A stretch of DNA of 64,000 bases from Chitinophagaceae bacterium (GCA_039927535.1 JBDSUW010000107.1:382-64381), one strand, 5' to 3'; positions 17,605-28,086 are shown, counted from the first letter of the stretch. Notes: a model not told the origin generated them from the sequence alone. Made by a program: numbers and translations.

Positions 17605-20145
17605 CTATTCTTTAGCATTCAATGCATTATCTATTCTTTTCGACAAATCCTGCAGGTGATATTTTGTCATCAAATCGGGAGTTCCTATAGCTGCTGCATT
17701 AATTTCATTTTTAAGCGAAGACAAATGCCCCCTCACCACACTTCTAACATCAGATTTATCAGCATTTGATGTGGAAATTGTAAGCCCAGGAATAGTTGTC
17801 ACAGTACTTGCTTTTGGCGGATTAACCAAATTACAAAGAATGTTTACATACGATTTTTGAAGATTACGACGATAAATATCAACCGGCTTTCTTGTTGGCA
17901 ATTCAGTCATAATACCTTTCTTTAAATCACTAAATAATTCTGTAATCTGGTATGCGGGAGCTCCTAATGAGGCTTCAGCTTCTGTTAATTTATTAAGGGT
18001 TCTTGAACTTAAAATTCGATTTAAAATATTGTCCTGTACTCCACCGATAATCGTTAAACCACTGCTACCGGTTCTTTCAAAAATATCTTTCTGAATAAGC
18101 CATGAGGGTGTAGTAAAAAGTTGCTTGTTTAAAAAATCAACTGCTTCTTTTTGTTTTGCTTCTGAAACTATTTCATAAACTGCTCCTTGTTGATCTACAT
18201 ACTTTGGTGTTTCCATAATACCACCAATATATTTTGCTACATGTCCAAGGTATCTGGAGAATTGTCCTGTAACCTGACCATACATTTTATTTAAATCCGA
18301 ATAATCCTCATTCGCTTGTTTCGTCCATTGCAAAAGGTTAGGAGCAATACGCTGAAGATTTTTTATACCATACATACTCCCTTTCATCGCATCATCACCC
18401 ACCTGTTCACTTTGGCTGCGGGGATCATCCTGGTTAGTTTCAGAACCAAACCATAAACGTTGATCTTTTAATTTTTCCATCACCCATTGGTTCAATGAAG
18501 CTTTTTCCGCTTCTGCATCATTGTATTTAGGAAATAATTTATAACCCCATTCTATCGCCCAATCATCATAATCGCCAATGCGGGGGAATAAACCTTTGCG
18601 GGCAATATTATCTTCTGGTTGTGCTACATAGTTAAAACGGGCATAATCCATAATGGAAGGTGTGTGGCCATTTTTTTCAACCCAGTTTTTATTTCTAAGA
18701 TTTTCAACTGGTACAGTAGAACTTGAACCATAGTTATGGCGTAAACCTAAAGTATGTCCCACTTCATGAGAGGAAACAAAGCGAATTAATTGACCCATCA
18801 GCTCATCATCGTACACCATTTTTCTTGCTCCCGGATCTACTGCTGCTGTTTGAACAAAATACCAGTCATGTATCAGTTCCATTACATTATGATACCAATT
18901 GATATGGCTCTCTATTATTTCTCCACTCCGCGGATCAGCTATACTTGGTCCACTTGCGTTAGAAATATCTGAAGGTTTATAAACAATTGCAGAATTGCGG
19001 GCATCATCCAGACTCCAACTATCATCTTCAGCTTTTGTTGGTGCCAGTTTTGCAATAATTGCATTTTTGAATCCAGCTTTTTCAAAAGAAGCCTGCCAGT
19101 CATTTACGCCTTGTATTAAATAAGGAACCCATTTTTTAGGTGTAGCAGGGTCTATATAAAAAATGATTGGCTTTTGTGGTTCTACCATTTCACCTCTTTT
19201 ATACTTTTCCATATCTTCAGACTTAGGCTCTAACCTCCATCTTTTTACTACCGAAATATTTTTTACACCTTGTGGGTTGGCATCAAAGTCTGTGTAGCTT
19301 ACAGAAAAATAGCCTACCCTTGGATCATAATATCTTGCTTGCATTGGCACTTTAGGTAATAATACAAGAGAACTGTTTAGCTCCATTGTAAGATTACCAC
19401 CGCCTCTTGAACCACCGCCGCCAAAACTTCCTGCTGTAGCTGGTGCCGCACCTTGTGCATATGTTTTTACTGTTTTTATTTCAATGTTAATGGGAAATGA
19501 TTTTACACCTACTATGTAAGATTTATCACTTTGTACCGAAGACAGGCGAAGGCTTGATTTTAAGTTGCCACTAAAATGCAAAACATCATTATCCCCATTA
19601 ATAAAATCAGTAATATCAATTACTACTCCTGTTGAATCTTTTCCTAGAGACTTAATGTCAAATGAGGCTGAAATAGGCTGAATATTGGAATTATTCACAG
19701 CCGTAAACAAGGGAGAAGTAGAATCTTTTGAATACTCAGCAAAAGAAATATTCCGGAGAAAAACTTTATCGTTAGGACCTTTTTCAAAACGAATTACATT
19801 CTGCCCTATCTGGTCGCCGCCATAACCAAAAAAACTTCCTGCTGCCCGCATACCAGCTGCAGCTTTTGAAATCCTGTTCACTACCAATATTTCTCTTCCG
19901 AATAATGAGTCTGGTATTTCAAAATAATATTTATCTTCTACCCGATGTACTTTAAACAAACCTCCATCTGTAACGGCTTTTGAGGTAATTATCTCTTTAT
20001 AAGGTTTTGGCCCTTTGGATGGAGCTGTAAGAGTCATTGGCTTCCTGGTAGTGTCAGGTCTTGCTCCACCTGGCTGTGCCAGCGTTGCAAATGAAAACAA
20101 AAGAAATAAAATGACTATTGGAATTGATTGAATTTTTAACTGCAT
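17605..20145 (-). CDS. Exported zinc-dependent metalloprotease (DUF5117/DUF5118/DUF4953 type)
   Basis: HEVGHTLGLRHN metzincin motif, SIMDY Met-turn and DPRSGEI motif. ATG at 20145 gives a signal peptide. Confidence 0.9.
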   Translation of the reverse strand: MQLKIQSIPIVILFLLFSFATLAQPGGARPDTTRKPMTLTAPSKGPKPYKEIITSKAVTDGGLFKVHRVEDKYYFEIPDSLFGREILVVNRISKAAAGMRAAGSFFGYGGDQIGQNVIRFEKGPNDKVFLRNISFAEYSKDSTSPLFTAVNNSNIQPISASFDIKSLGKDSTGVVIDITDFINGDNDVLHFSGNLKSSLRLSSVQSDKSYIVGVKSFPINIEIKTVKTYAQGAAPATAGSFGGGGSRGGGNLTMELNSSLVLLPKVPMQARYYDPRVGYFSVSYTDFDANPQGVKNISVVKRWRLEPKSEDMEKYKRGEMVEPQKPIIFYIDPATPKKWVPYLIQGVNDWQASFEKAGFKNAIIAKLAPTKAEDDSWSLDDARNSAIVYKPSDISNASGPSIADPRSGEIIESHINWYHNVMELIHDWYFVQTAAVDPGARKMVYDDELMGQLIRFVSSHEVGHTLGLRHNYGSSSTVPVENLRNKNWVEKNGHTPSIMDYARFNYVAQPEDNIARKGLFPRIGDYDDWAIEWGYKLFPKYNDAEAEKASLNQWVMEKLKDQRLWFGSETNQDDPRSQSEQVGDDAMKGSMYGIKNLQRIAPNLLQWTKQANEDYSDLNKMYGQVTGQFSRYLGHVAKYIGGIMETPKYVDQQGAVYEIVSEAKQKEAVDFLNKQLFTTPSWLIQKDIFERTGSSGLTIIGGVQDNILNRILSSRTLNKLTEAEASLGAPAYQITELFSDLKKGIMTELPTRKPVDIYRRNLQKSYVNILCNLVNPPKASTVTTIPGLTISTSNADKSDVRSVVRGHLSSLKNEINAAAIGTPDLMTKYHLQDLSKRIDNALNAKE

Positions 20146-20263
20146 AAATGGGTAATTTTTTAATACGGTCGCCAAGATACGTAAACCAATGACACACTTA
20201 TTTAATTGGGAGAATATTATACAAACGGTCGAAATTTAATGACCAAGATTACTTCTTATTAAG

Positions 20264-20295
20264 AAAAAAGCCACCCTGAAGTACAGCATGGCTTT
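20264..20295 (-). terminator. Probable terminator after infC
   Basis: Imperfect AAAGCCA...TGGCTTT stem with a U tract on the minus strand. Confidence 0.55.
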
Positions 20296-20316
20296 CGTTT
20301 ATTTATCATGTCCTTA

Positions 20317-20949
20317 TCAGGATTTCTTTTTTCCTTTTGGGGCAAACATTGCCAACATCCTTCTGCCTTCCATTTTAGGCATATTTTCCAGGATTCCTAC
20401 TTCGCCGAGGCGTTCAGCAAATTTTAATAAAAGTAACTGTCCTCTGTCCTGAAATTGAATAGCACGGCCTTTAAACTGTACGTAAGCCTTAACCTTATTA
20501 CCATCTTTTAAAAACTCTACAGCATGTTTTGCTTTAAAGTCAAAATCATGATCGTCGGTATTAGGAGTAAAGCGTATTTCCTTTACCTCAGAGACTTTGC
20601 TCTTGGCCTTCATCTCCTTTTCTTTACGCTTTTTATCGTACAAAAATTTATTGTAGTCAATAATCTTACAAACCGGAGGATCTACAGTTGGAGAAATTTC
20701 TACCAGATCCAGCTCCATATCCTGCGCCATTTTCAAGGCTGTTTGTGTGTCAAAAATGCCTGGTTCTATATTCTCGCCAACTAAACGAACCTGTGGGACC
20801 CTGATGAAATTGTTGATCCGGTGTTCTGCTTCTTTGCGGGGAGCAAATCTGCCTCTATAACCGCCTTTATTAAATCCACCACCGCCGGGCTTATATGCGC
20901 CTCCAGATGGTCTGTTGAACCCGCCTCCGGGTTTTTGTGGTACTGCCAT
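20317..20949 (-). CDS. infC: Translation initiation factor IF-3 with Gly-rich N-terminal extension
   Basis: RIN..IR..VRLV, LDLVEISP...PPVCKIIDY and KEIRF motifs. Confidence 0.97.
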   Translation of the reverse strand: MAVPQKPGGGFNRPSGGAYKPGGGGFNKGGYRGRFAPRKEAEHRINNFIRVPQVRLVGENIEPGIFDTQTALKMAQDMELDLVEISPTVDPPVCKIIDYNKFLYDKKRKEKEMKAKSKVSEVKEIRFTPNTDDHDFDFKAKHAVEFLKDGNKVKAYVQFKGRAIQFQDRGQLLLLKFAERLGEVGILENMPKMEGRRMLAMFAPKGKKKS

Positions 20950-21088
20950 TTAGTTTTTTTAGTTAACTCCTTCCCTGATAAGGAGTATATCTTTTTTTGT
21001 TTATTAATACCTCATTTCAGGATTCTGAGGTTTGCATTAAAAATACTCTTTTTAAAATTATTGAAAAAAAATGAAATAGATGTTCTTA

Positions 21089-23020
21089 CTACTCTCTTCT
21101 TTCTTTTATTTCTGTAACTGTCTCCTGCAAAAATTCATCCACAGATTTTACTCCCCCATCACCTTTACCATGTCTTCTTACGGCTACCTTGTTTTCGTTC
21201 ACTTCTTTTTCCCCAACCACCAGCATATAAGGAACTTTTAACAGCTCCGTGTCACGGATTTTTTTGCCAATCTTTTCGTTTCTGTCATCAACTTCGCAAC
21301 GAATATCAGCTTTTTTCAGTTTATCAGAAACGCTTTTTGCATAATCTAAAAATTTGTCGCTAATAGGTAAAACTTTTACCTGAACAGGTGCAAGCCATGT
21401 TGGAAATTTACCTGCATAATGCTCTAAGAGAAATCCAATAAACCGTTCATGTGTTCCTAATGGTGCTCTATGAATAATTAATGGAATCTCTGGCTCATTA
21501 TTCTGATTGGTAAAAGATAATTTAAAACTACGAGGCTGAGCAAAATCCACCTGATTCGTTGCCAATGTAAATTCTCTGCCTATGGCACTCCATATCTGCA
21601 CATCAATTTTTGGACCATAGAAAGCACCTTCTCCTTTTACCTCTACATACGGCACACCTGTTTCGATCAAAACCTTTCTTACCAAATCTTCAGTCTCCAA
21701 CCATAGTTCAGGTTCATTCACATATTTTTTTCCTAATTGTTCTGGATCATGCAGGCTCAGCCGCATTACATATTTTTCAATCCCGAATATTTTAAAATAT
21801 TTGAGATACAAATCATTTACTGCTTTGAACTCTTGTGCAAACTGTTCTTTGGTACAATAAATATGTGCATCATTCATGTGTAAACAACGAACCCGCATCA
21901 ACCCAAATAACTCACCACTTTGCTCATAGCGGTAACAAGTACCATACTCAGCAATACGATATGGCATATCTCTGTAACTCTTTGGCTCTGCATCAAATAT
22001 TTTATGGTGATGCGGACAGTTCATTGCTCTTAAATAATATTTCTCACCATCCATTTCCATTGGCGGATACATACTATCAGCATAATATGGAAGGTGACCG
22101 CTGGTGAGGTATAAACTTTCTTTTGCTATATGAGGCGTTACCACTCTTTTATATCCGGCAGCTACTTCAGTTTCCTTAGCTAATTTTTCCAATTCTTCAA
22201 TAATCACAGTTCCATTAGGCATCCAAAGTATTAGTCCGGCACCAACATCATCATTCGTTGTATAAATGCTTAATTCCTTACCCAATTTGCGATGGTCTCT
22301 TTTCTTTGCTTCTTCCAGCATTAGCAAATACTCATCCAGTTCTTTTTGCGAAGGATAAGTTACACCATACAATCTTGTAAGCATCTTGTTTTTTTCATCA
22401 CCTTTCCAATATGCCCCGGCTATGCTCGTAAGTTTGATGGCTTTGATAAATGAAGTATTGGGAATGTGCGGGCCACGGCACAGATCAGTAAAGTTTCCTT
22501 GTGTATAAAAAGTTATTTCTCCATCTTTTAAATTACTCAGCAGATCAAGTTTATACTCATCGCCCTTATCTGTAAAATATTTTAGTGCATCAGGCTTCGA
22601 CATTTCTTTGCGCTGATATTCGCTATTCTTTTTTGCCAGTTCGTTCATTTTCTTTTCCAAAGCAATAAGATCATCTTCATTCATTTTCTTATCACCAAGA
22701 TCCATATCATAATAGAAACCATTATCGACCGGCGGACCTACCCAGAATTTTACGCCGGGAAAAATTGTTTCAACAGCCTCTGCCATAAGGTGTGCTGATG
22801 AGTGCCAGAAAGTATTCTTACCTTCTTCATCATTCCACGTCAATAGTTTTAACGATGCATCTTCATTGATAGTTCTGGTTATATCCCAAACCTTGCCATT
22901 CACTTCAGCAGCCAATACTTTTCTTGCCAATCCCTCAGAAATAGATTTTGCAATATCCAATACTGTAGTGCCTTTTTCATACTGTCGCACTGCCCCGTCC
23001 GGTAATGTAATATTTATCAT
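21089..23020 (-). CDS. thrS: Threonine--tRNA ligase
   Basis: HSSAHL, DLCRGPH, RDHRKLG, MNCPHH, FYGPKID and IHRA motifs. Confidence 0.98.
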   Translation of the reverse strand: MINITLPDGAVRQYEKGTTVLDIAKSISEGLARKVLAAEVNGKVWDITRTINEDASLKLLTWNDEEGKNTFWHSSAHLMAEAVETIFPGVKFWVGPPVDNGFYYDMDLGDKKMNEDDLIALEKKMNELAKKNSEYQRKEMSKPDALKYFTDKGDEYKLDLLSNLKDGEITFYTQGNFTDLCRGPHIPNTSFIKAIKLTSIAGAYWKGDEKNKMLTRLYGVTYPSQKELDEYLLMLEEAKKRDHRKLGKELSIYTTNDDVGAGLILWMPNGTVIIEELEKLAKETEVAAGYKRVVTPHIAKESLYLTSGHLPYYADSMYPPMEMDGEKYYLRAMNCPHHHKIFDAEPKSYRDMPYRIAEYGTCYRYEQSGELFGLMRVRCLHMNDAHIYCTKEQFAQEFKAVNDLYLKYFKIFGIEKYVMRLSLHDPEQLGKKYVNEPELWLETEDLVRKVLIETGVPYVEVKGEGAFYGPKIDVQIWSAIGREFTLATNQVDFAQPRSFKLSFTNQNNEPEIPLIIHRAPLGTHERFIGFLLEHYAGKFPTWLAPVQVKVLPISDKFLDYAKSVSDKLKKADIRCEVDDRNEKIGKKIRDTELLKVPYMLVVGEKEVNENKVAVRRHGKGDGGVKSVDEFLQETVTEIKERRE

Positions 23021-23122
23021 ATAATCAATTAATCCTTTGTTATTTTAAGAGGGCAAAATTAACAAACTATTGCCGGAGTGCAAGCATTCAATACGAACTT
23101 ATTCGTTAGTTTTGACCCCGTT

Positions 23123-24187
23123 ATGATTCGACCTGTCATAAAATATTTTTTTAGTTTCTTATTGCTGACCACAATTACCCAGTCTGATTTAAATGCTCAG
23201 GACCTTACAGGTATCTGGAGAGGTTATTTTATCACAGAATCATTTGACCATTATAAATTCGAGATACAAATAAAACAAAAAGGTAGCGCAGTTTCTGGTG
23301 TATCCTATTCCTATCTCAGTACCATTTTTTATGGCAAAGCCACACTTACGGGTGTTTTCAATAAATCCGGACAAAATGCACTCATTAAAGAAATTAAAAC
23401 AGTAGAAGTAAAAATGGCTGGCAATTCGCTGGCTTGCATTATGAAATGCATCTTTCAATACGAAAGCTCTGGGAAAGAGGAATTTCTCGAAGGCACTTTT
23501 TCCAGCAAATATGAAAAGGACGGAATGGGGGTAAAAAAAGGCGGCAACTGCGGCGGCGGCAAAGTGTACCTGCGAAAAGTAACGACATCCGATTTTTATA
23601 TAGAACCATTTCTTCGCAATAAAGTAAACCCTGTTAAAACACCGGTTATCATTAACCAACCACCAACAAAAAAGGATCCGGAAAAAACTCCTGAGAAAAA
23701 GCCTTATTCAAAACCACCAGTACAAAAACCTGTAACTCCTCCTGTAATAAAAGTTGATACTCCATCTAAGAAAATTTATGAGCCCCCTATTGTAAAAATA
23801 AATCCACCGGAAATAATTCCAGTGCCGGAAGTAATAAAAACCCGTAGCAATGAACTGGTAAAAGTATTAACGGTGAACGACCCCAATGTAGTAATAAAAA
23901 TTTATGATAACGGAGAAATTGATGGTGACACCATTTCTGTCTATCTCGATAACAAACTGGTTCTTTCCCAAAAAAGATTAACGACAACTCCATTGATTCT
24001 CAAATTGAAAATGGACGATCTGAAAGATGAGCATGAGTTAACCATGGTGGCTGAAAATCTTGGCTCCATTCCTCCCAATACATCCTTAATGATAGTAGAA
24101 GCAGGCGAGCAACGTTTTGAAGTCCGGATTACGTCTACCGAACAGAAAAATGCAGTTGTCAGATTCAGATACCAGAAACCAAAATAA
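23123..24187 (+). CDS. Exported hypothetical protein (paralog 1, with Pro/Lys-rich linker)
   Basis: TAGTTTTG promoter motif at 23107-23114 supports ATG 23123. Signal peptide; C-terminal YDNGEIDGDTISVY...AENLGSIPPNT domain. Confidence 0.8.
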   Translation: MIRPVIKYFFSFLLLTTITQSDLNAQDLTGIWRGYFITESFDHYKFEIQIKQKGSAVSGVSYSYLSTIFYGKATLTGVFNKSGQNALIKEIKTVEVKMAGNSLACIMKCIFQYESSGKEEFLEGTFSSKYEKDGMGVKKGGNCGGGKVYLRKVTTSDFYIEPFLRNKVNPVKTPVIINQPPTKKDPEKTPEKKPYSKPPVQKPVTPPVIKVDTPSKKIYEPPIVKINPPEIIPVPEVIKTRSNELVKVLTVNDPNVVIKIYDNGEIDGDTISVYLDNKLVLSQKRLTTTPLILKLKMDDLKDEHELTMVAENLGSIPPNTSLMIVEAGEQRFEVRITSTEQKNAVVRFRYQKPK

Positions 24188-24283
24188 GAATAGCATTCAA
24201 CTTATTAACCGTTTCTGTAACCTGACTGCCGTCCCGCAAATTTTTTAGTACAGCTTCTTATTTTCAACTATTTTTCCTGAATA

Positions 24284-25141
24284 ATGTTGCGAAAATCTAT
24301 TTTACTAGTGTTTCTCTTTGTTTCTATACTCTGCGGCGCACAGGATATAAATGGCATCTGGAAAGGAAAGCTGGTAATGGCTCCGGGAGCCTGCTTTCCT
24401 GTTTACAATATAGAATTACAAATAGAAGTGGCCGGTTCTAGAATTACAGGCTCCGCCTATCATTTTTCAGATTCGCTTAATTATGTACGGGAAAAATTTG
24501 AAGGGGTTTACAGACCTGATAGTAATAGTATTTCCATCCAGGAAAACGGGATCATTACATTTAAGATTAGGGAAGACTGTGTTCCCTGTATAAAAAAATA
24601 TGCTCTCTCTTTTCATAAAGGTGGAGGCAATGTGGTTACAGAAGAACAGCTTCGTGGCACTTGGACAGGCAAAGCGGCTGATGGGAAAACCGTTTGCGAC
24701 CCCGGAACAATTGTGCTTACAAGATTCGACAAATCATCTTTTAAACCAGAATTTAATTTACCTGCAACACTTACCAAAAGAAAGGCAGAACTGGTAAAGG
24801 AAATAAAAGTAGATACGGGCACTATTCGTTTAGATTTTTATGATAACGGCCAGATTGATGGAGACACTATTTCTGTATATGTAAATAACATGCCAATCGT
24901 TTCGAATAAGATGCTGACCACCAAGCCTGTTTCAGTGGAAATAAAAATAGATTTAAAAAAGACAGAACAAGAAGTAATCATGGTTGGAGAAAACCTTGGT
25001 TCCATTCCTCCGAACACAGCACTTATGATAGTGTATGCAGGGGATAAAAGATACCAGCTTTACTTAACGGCTGATGAACAAAAGAATGCTATGGTCCGGT
25101 TCATATATGAGAAGCCTGCAACTGCTGCAAGTTATAAGTAA
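24284..25141 (+). CDS. Exported hypothetical protein (paralog 2)
   Basis: Shares the QD..GIW.G start and the YDNGQIDGDTISVY...ENLGSIPPNT domain with the upstream gene. Confidence 0.8.
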   Translation: MLRKSILLVFLFVSILCGAQDINGIWKGKLVMAPGACFPVYNIELQIEVAGSRITGSAYHFSDSLNYVREKFEGVYRPDSNSISIQENGIITFKIREDCVPCIKKYALSFHKGGGNVVTEEQLRGTWTGKAADGKTVCDPGTIVLTRFDKSSFKPEFNLPATLTKRKAELVKEIKVDTGTIRLDFYDNGQIDGDTISVYVNNMPIVSNKMLTTKPVSVEIKIDLKKTEQEVIMVGENLGSIPPNTALMIVYAGDKRYQLYLTADEQKNAMVRFIYEKPATAASYK

Positions 25142-25257
25142 GTTTTTTGCTACACAATCATTTCTTAACTTAAACAGTCTGCATAAATAACCTTCTACCC
25201 TTTGAATTTTTTTTATCCTACTCTTCACCTTTATTTTAATAACCAAAACAAAAAATC

Positions 25258-25803
25258 ATGAAAAAATTAGTAGTAGTTATTTCAGCAATTGCAATTCTTA
25301 TATTATCCTCCTGCAGTCCAAAAAATGAAGGGGGCATGTCTGAAGCCGCCAAAAAAAACCTGGCGGCTTCCCATGCAATCTCCAAAAGTTTTGAAACAAA
25401 GGATTTCAGTAAACTGGGCGATAATATTGCCGATGACTGCGTTGATCATGCCGGAGAAAATGGAGACATAGTTGGGCTTGCAAATATGAAAGCTGAGTTT
25501 GAAAAAATGACAACAATGTTCAGCGAAATGAAATCTGAGGTAGTTAAAGAACTGGCTGATGATGAATATATAATGACGTGGATGCGTTTTACCGGCAAAT
25601 TTAGTCAAGACATGATGGGGATGAAGGCTGGCGATTCCTTTACTTCAGAATCAATGGAAGTGTCAAGATTTAAGGACGGAAAAGCAGTAGAGCATTGGGT
25701 AATGATGGAACCTAAAGAATATAAGAAAATGATGGGTGTAGAAACTCCACCGCCAACGCCGCCAATGGAAGAAAAATCAGCCAAAGATTCTACTTCCAAA
25801 TAA
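25258..25803 (+). CDS. SnoaL-like/ester cyclase (NTF2 fold) lipoprotein
   Basis: Lipobox LSSC; RFKDGKAVEHW motif. Confidence 0.8.
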   Translation: MKKLVVVISAIAILILSSCSPKNEGGMSEAAKKNLAASHAISKSFETKDFSKLGDNIADDCVDHAGENGDIVGLANMKAEFEKMTTMFSEMKSEVVKELADDEYIMTWMRFTGKFSQDMMGMKAGDSFTSESMEVSRFKDGKAVEHWVMMEPKEYKKMMGVETPPPTPPMEEKSAKDSTSK

Positions 25804-25818
25804 AAAATAATGAGCTAC

Positions 25819-25858
25819 AAAGCCGGTATTTGCAATCTTTGCAAACCCGGCTTTTTTT
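25819..25858 (+). terminator. Intrinsic terminator
   Basis: AAAGCCGG...CCGGC stem followed by a T7 tract. Confidence 0.8.
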
Positions 25859-25946
25859 GCCCTGAAGTGGGTAACATTTAACCGGTGTATACTTCAAATT
25901 AGTTGTGGTGTTAAAAATGGTTAAAAATATTGCCTTTTTATTGTCT

Positions 25947-25962
25947 TACGAAAATAATCGTA
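25947..25962. promoter_or_regulatory. Candidate BlaI-family operator TACGA-N6-TCGTA
   Basis: Palindrome overlapping a TAtaTTCG -7-like box about 25 nt upstream of the BlaI-family gene. Confidence 0.65.
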
Positions 25963-25986
25963 TATTCGAAATCTAATTCAACAACT

Positions 25987-26382
25987 ATGGCAGCACCCAA
26001 ATTGATAAAACCAACCGAAAGCGAACTTGAAATACTCCAGATTCTTTGGGAAAAAGGTGTGGCAACAGTGCGGGAAGTGCATGAACGCCTTGCAGTAACA
26101 AAAGATGTTGGCTACACCACTACACTTAAGCTAATGCAGATAATGAATGAAAAAGGCATTGTGAAAAGAGATGATTCTATGCGAACACATATTTACCAGG
26201 CTGCGGTAAATAAAGAAAAAACACAAAAGCATTTATTGAATAAGATGATAAAAAATCTTTTTGGCGGTTCATCATCACAGTTGGTTATTCAAGCGTTGGG
26301 GGATGATAACCATAAAACCAGCCAAGAAGAAATTAATGCCATTCAGGCATTACTTGACAACCTTAAAAAACAGCAATTATGA
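25987..26382 (+). CDS. BlaI/MecI/CopY family transcriptional repressor
   Basis: PTESELEILQILW...ATVREV...YTTTLKLMQ. ATG at 25987; overlaps the next start (ATGA). Confidence 0.92.
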   Translation: MAAPKLIKPTESELEILQILWEKGVATVREVHERLAVTKDVGYTTTLKLMQIMNEKGIVKRDDSMRTHIYQAAVNKEKTQKHLLNKMIKNLFGGSSSQLVIQALGDDNHKTSQEEINAIQALLDNLKKQQL

Positions 26383-28070
26383 TTAGTTTCCATACAGACT
26401 TTCTGCAATCGCTGGGATGGGCTGCATTAAACAGCCTTTGGCAAATGGCCTTACTTTGGTTAATATTTCAGATGCTTATTACTGTTTTCAAAGTAAACGC
26501 ATCCTACAAAAGCGGCATTGCTTCTTCCTTGCTTATTGCAGGTTTCTGTTGGTTCATTTACACCTTTATTACCTCATTTAATTCCGCTGCCGATATTACC
26601 ACCTTTTCTTCCGGCATACTAAACGTAAATGGAGATCAGCAGGTTAATAATTTATTCTTACAGTTTCTGCCCATCGCATCAATAGTTTATTTGTCGTTAC
26701 TTATTTTTCCGATACTGCGTTTCATTAGGAACTATCGCTATGTACAGATCATTCGCCAGTATGGATTATCAAAAATTAATATAGACTCAAAACTTTTTAT
26801 AAAAAAAACGGCTTCTATTTTAGGTATAAAAAGAAAAGTACAGGTATGGGTTTCAGAACTGGTCTCCTCTCCTGTTACAATCGGTTTTCTAAAACCGGTG
26901 ATATTAGTACCTCTTGCAGCCATCAATCAGTTAACACCACAGCAATTTGAAGCTGTGTTGCTGCATGAGCTGACGCATATAAAACGTTTCGATTATATTA
27001 TCAACTTGCTTATTAATTTCATACAAACCATTCTTTATTTCAATCCTTTTGTAAAAGCATTTATTAAAATAACAGAAACTGAAAGGGAAAAAAGTTGTGA
27101 TGAAATGGTTATGCAGTTTCAATATAATTCTCATGAGTATGCTTCTGCTTTATTGGAATTGGAAAAAGTAAATCATTCGCAGCAGCTATTAGCATTATCC
27201 GCAGCTGGTAATAAAAATGATCTCTTGCATCGGATTGAAAACATTTTAAATGTTCAAAAGAAAAGTATAGTAAACGTAAGAAAGATTATTGGACTTGCTT
27301 TTACCTTTTGCTTTATTATATCCATTAATATACTTTTTCTTTTCAGTCAGCAATTTTCTTCGGGAAATATAGCTGCTTCAAATGATGCCATCTTTGGAGT
27401 GTCTAAATATCTGGTGCCGGAAAATGAACAGGCACCAAAGACTCCTGCTGAAATCAATAAATCCACAATCATCAATGCACCGGATATAGTAAATGCAGAA
27501 TTTTCTGCCGCTGCAATTGCGAATGAAATTTTTGCAAAAGATTTTGCCAGCACAATTGTGCCACCCGGGTTAATAAACGTTTCATTCAATCTGGCACAGG
27601 CACCGGAACTAAAACAATACCAGGAAGAACAAATTAAACAAGCTCTGGAAGCATCTAAGAAAGTATTGGAAAATAACCAGTGGAAAGTGGTAGAAAATAA
27701 CATTGCTGAGGTTTTCTCCCAAAAAGAAAAAGAAGAATTAAAAATCAGCTATCTACAAGAACTTAATAAGTTTGACTGGAACAAATGGGAAAACAGGTTA
27801 CGTAACGTTTATAATAATGTGAATTGGGATAAAGTAAATGACCAGTTGAATATGGCTATTAGTCAAATAAGGCTTGACAGCTTGCAGAATGTGTATGCAA
27901 ATGTGGCCATGAAATTGAATGAGGTACAAAAAGAACTGGCTGCAAAAAAAATACAAGCTATTCCCGATACTGATATTTCGCTAGAAACCATTTTGGCGAA
28001 TAAGCAAAAGGTGCAGCATATTTTAAATGAATTGAAAGCTGTAAAGACCAAGAAGATTGTGCGGCTTTAA
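26379..28070 (+). CDS. M56 family (BlaR1/MecR1-like) membrane metallopeptidase
   Basis: SPVTIGFLKPVIL, HELTHIKR.D and ERE..CD motifs; helical C-terminal domain. Confidence 0.9.
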   Translation: MISFHTDFLQSLGWAALNSLWQMALLWLIFQMLITVFKVNASYKSGIASSLLIAGFCWFIYTFITSFNSAADITTFSSGILNVNGDQQVNNLFLQFLPIASIVYLSLLIFPILRFIRNYRYVQIIRQYGLSKINIDSKLFIKKTASILGIKRKVQVWVSELVSSPVTIGFLKPVILVPLAAINQLTPQQFEAVLLHELTHIKRFDYIINLLINFIQTILYFNPFVKAFIKITETEREKSCDEMVMQFQYNSHEYASALLELEKVNHSQQLLALSAAGNKNDLLHRIENILNVQKKSIVNVRKIIGLAFTFCFIISINILFLFSQQFSSGNIAASNDAIFGVSKYLVPENEQAPKTPAEINKSTIINAPDIVNAEFSAAAIANEIFAKDFASTIVPPGLINVSFNLAQAPELKQYQEEQIKQALEASKKVLENNQWKVVENNIAEVFSQKEKEELKISYLQELNKFDWNKWENRLRNVYNNVNWDKVNDQLNMAISQIRLDSLQNVYANVAMKLNEVQKELAAKKIQAIPDTDISLETILANKQKVQHILNELKAVKTKKIVRL

Positions 28071-28086
28071 ATTTAACTAGAATAAC

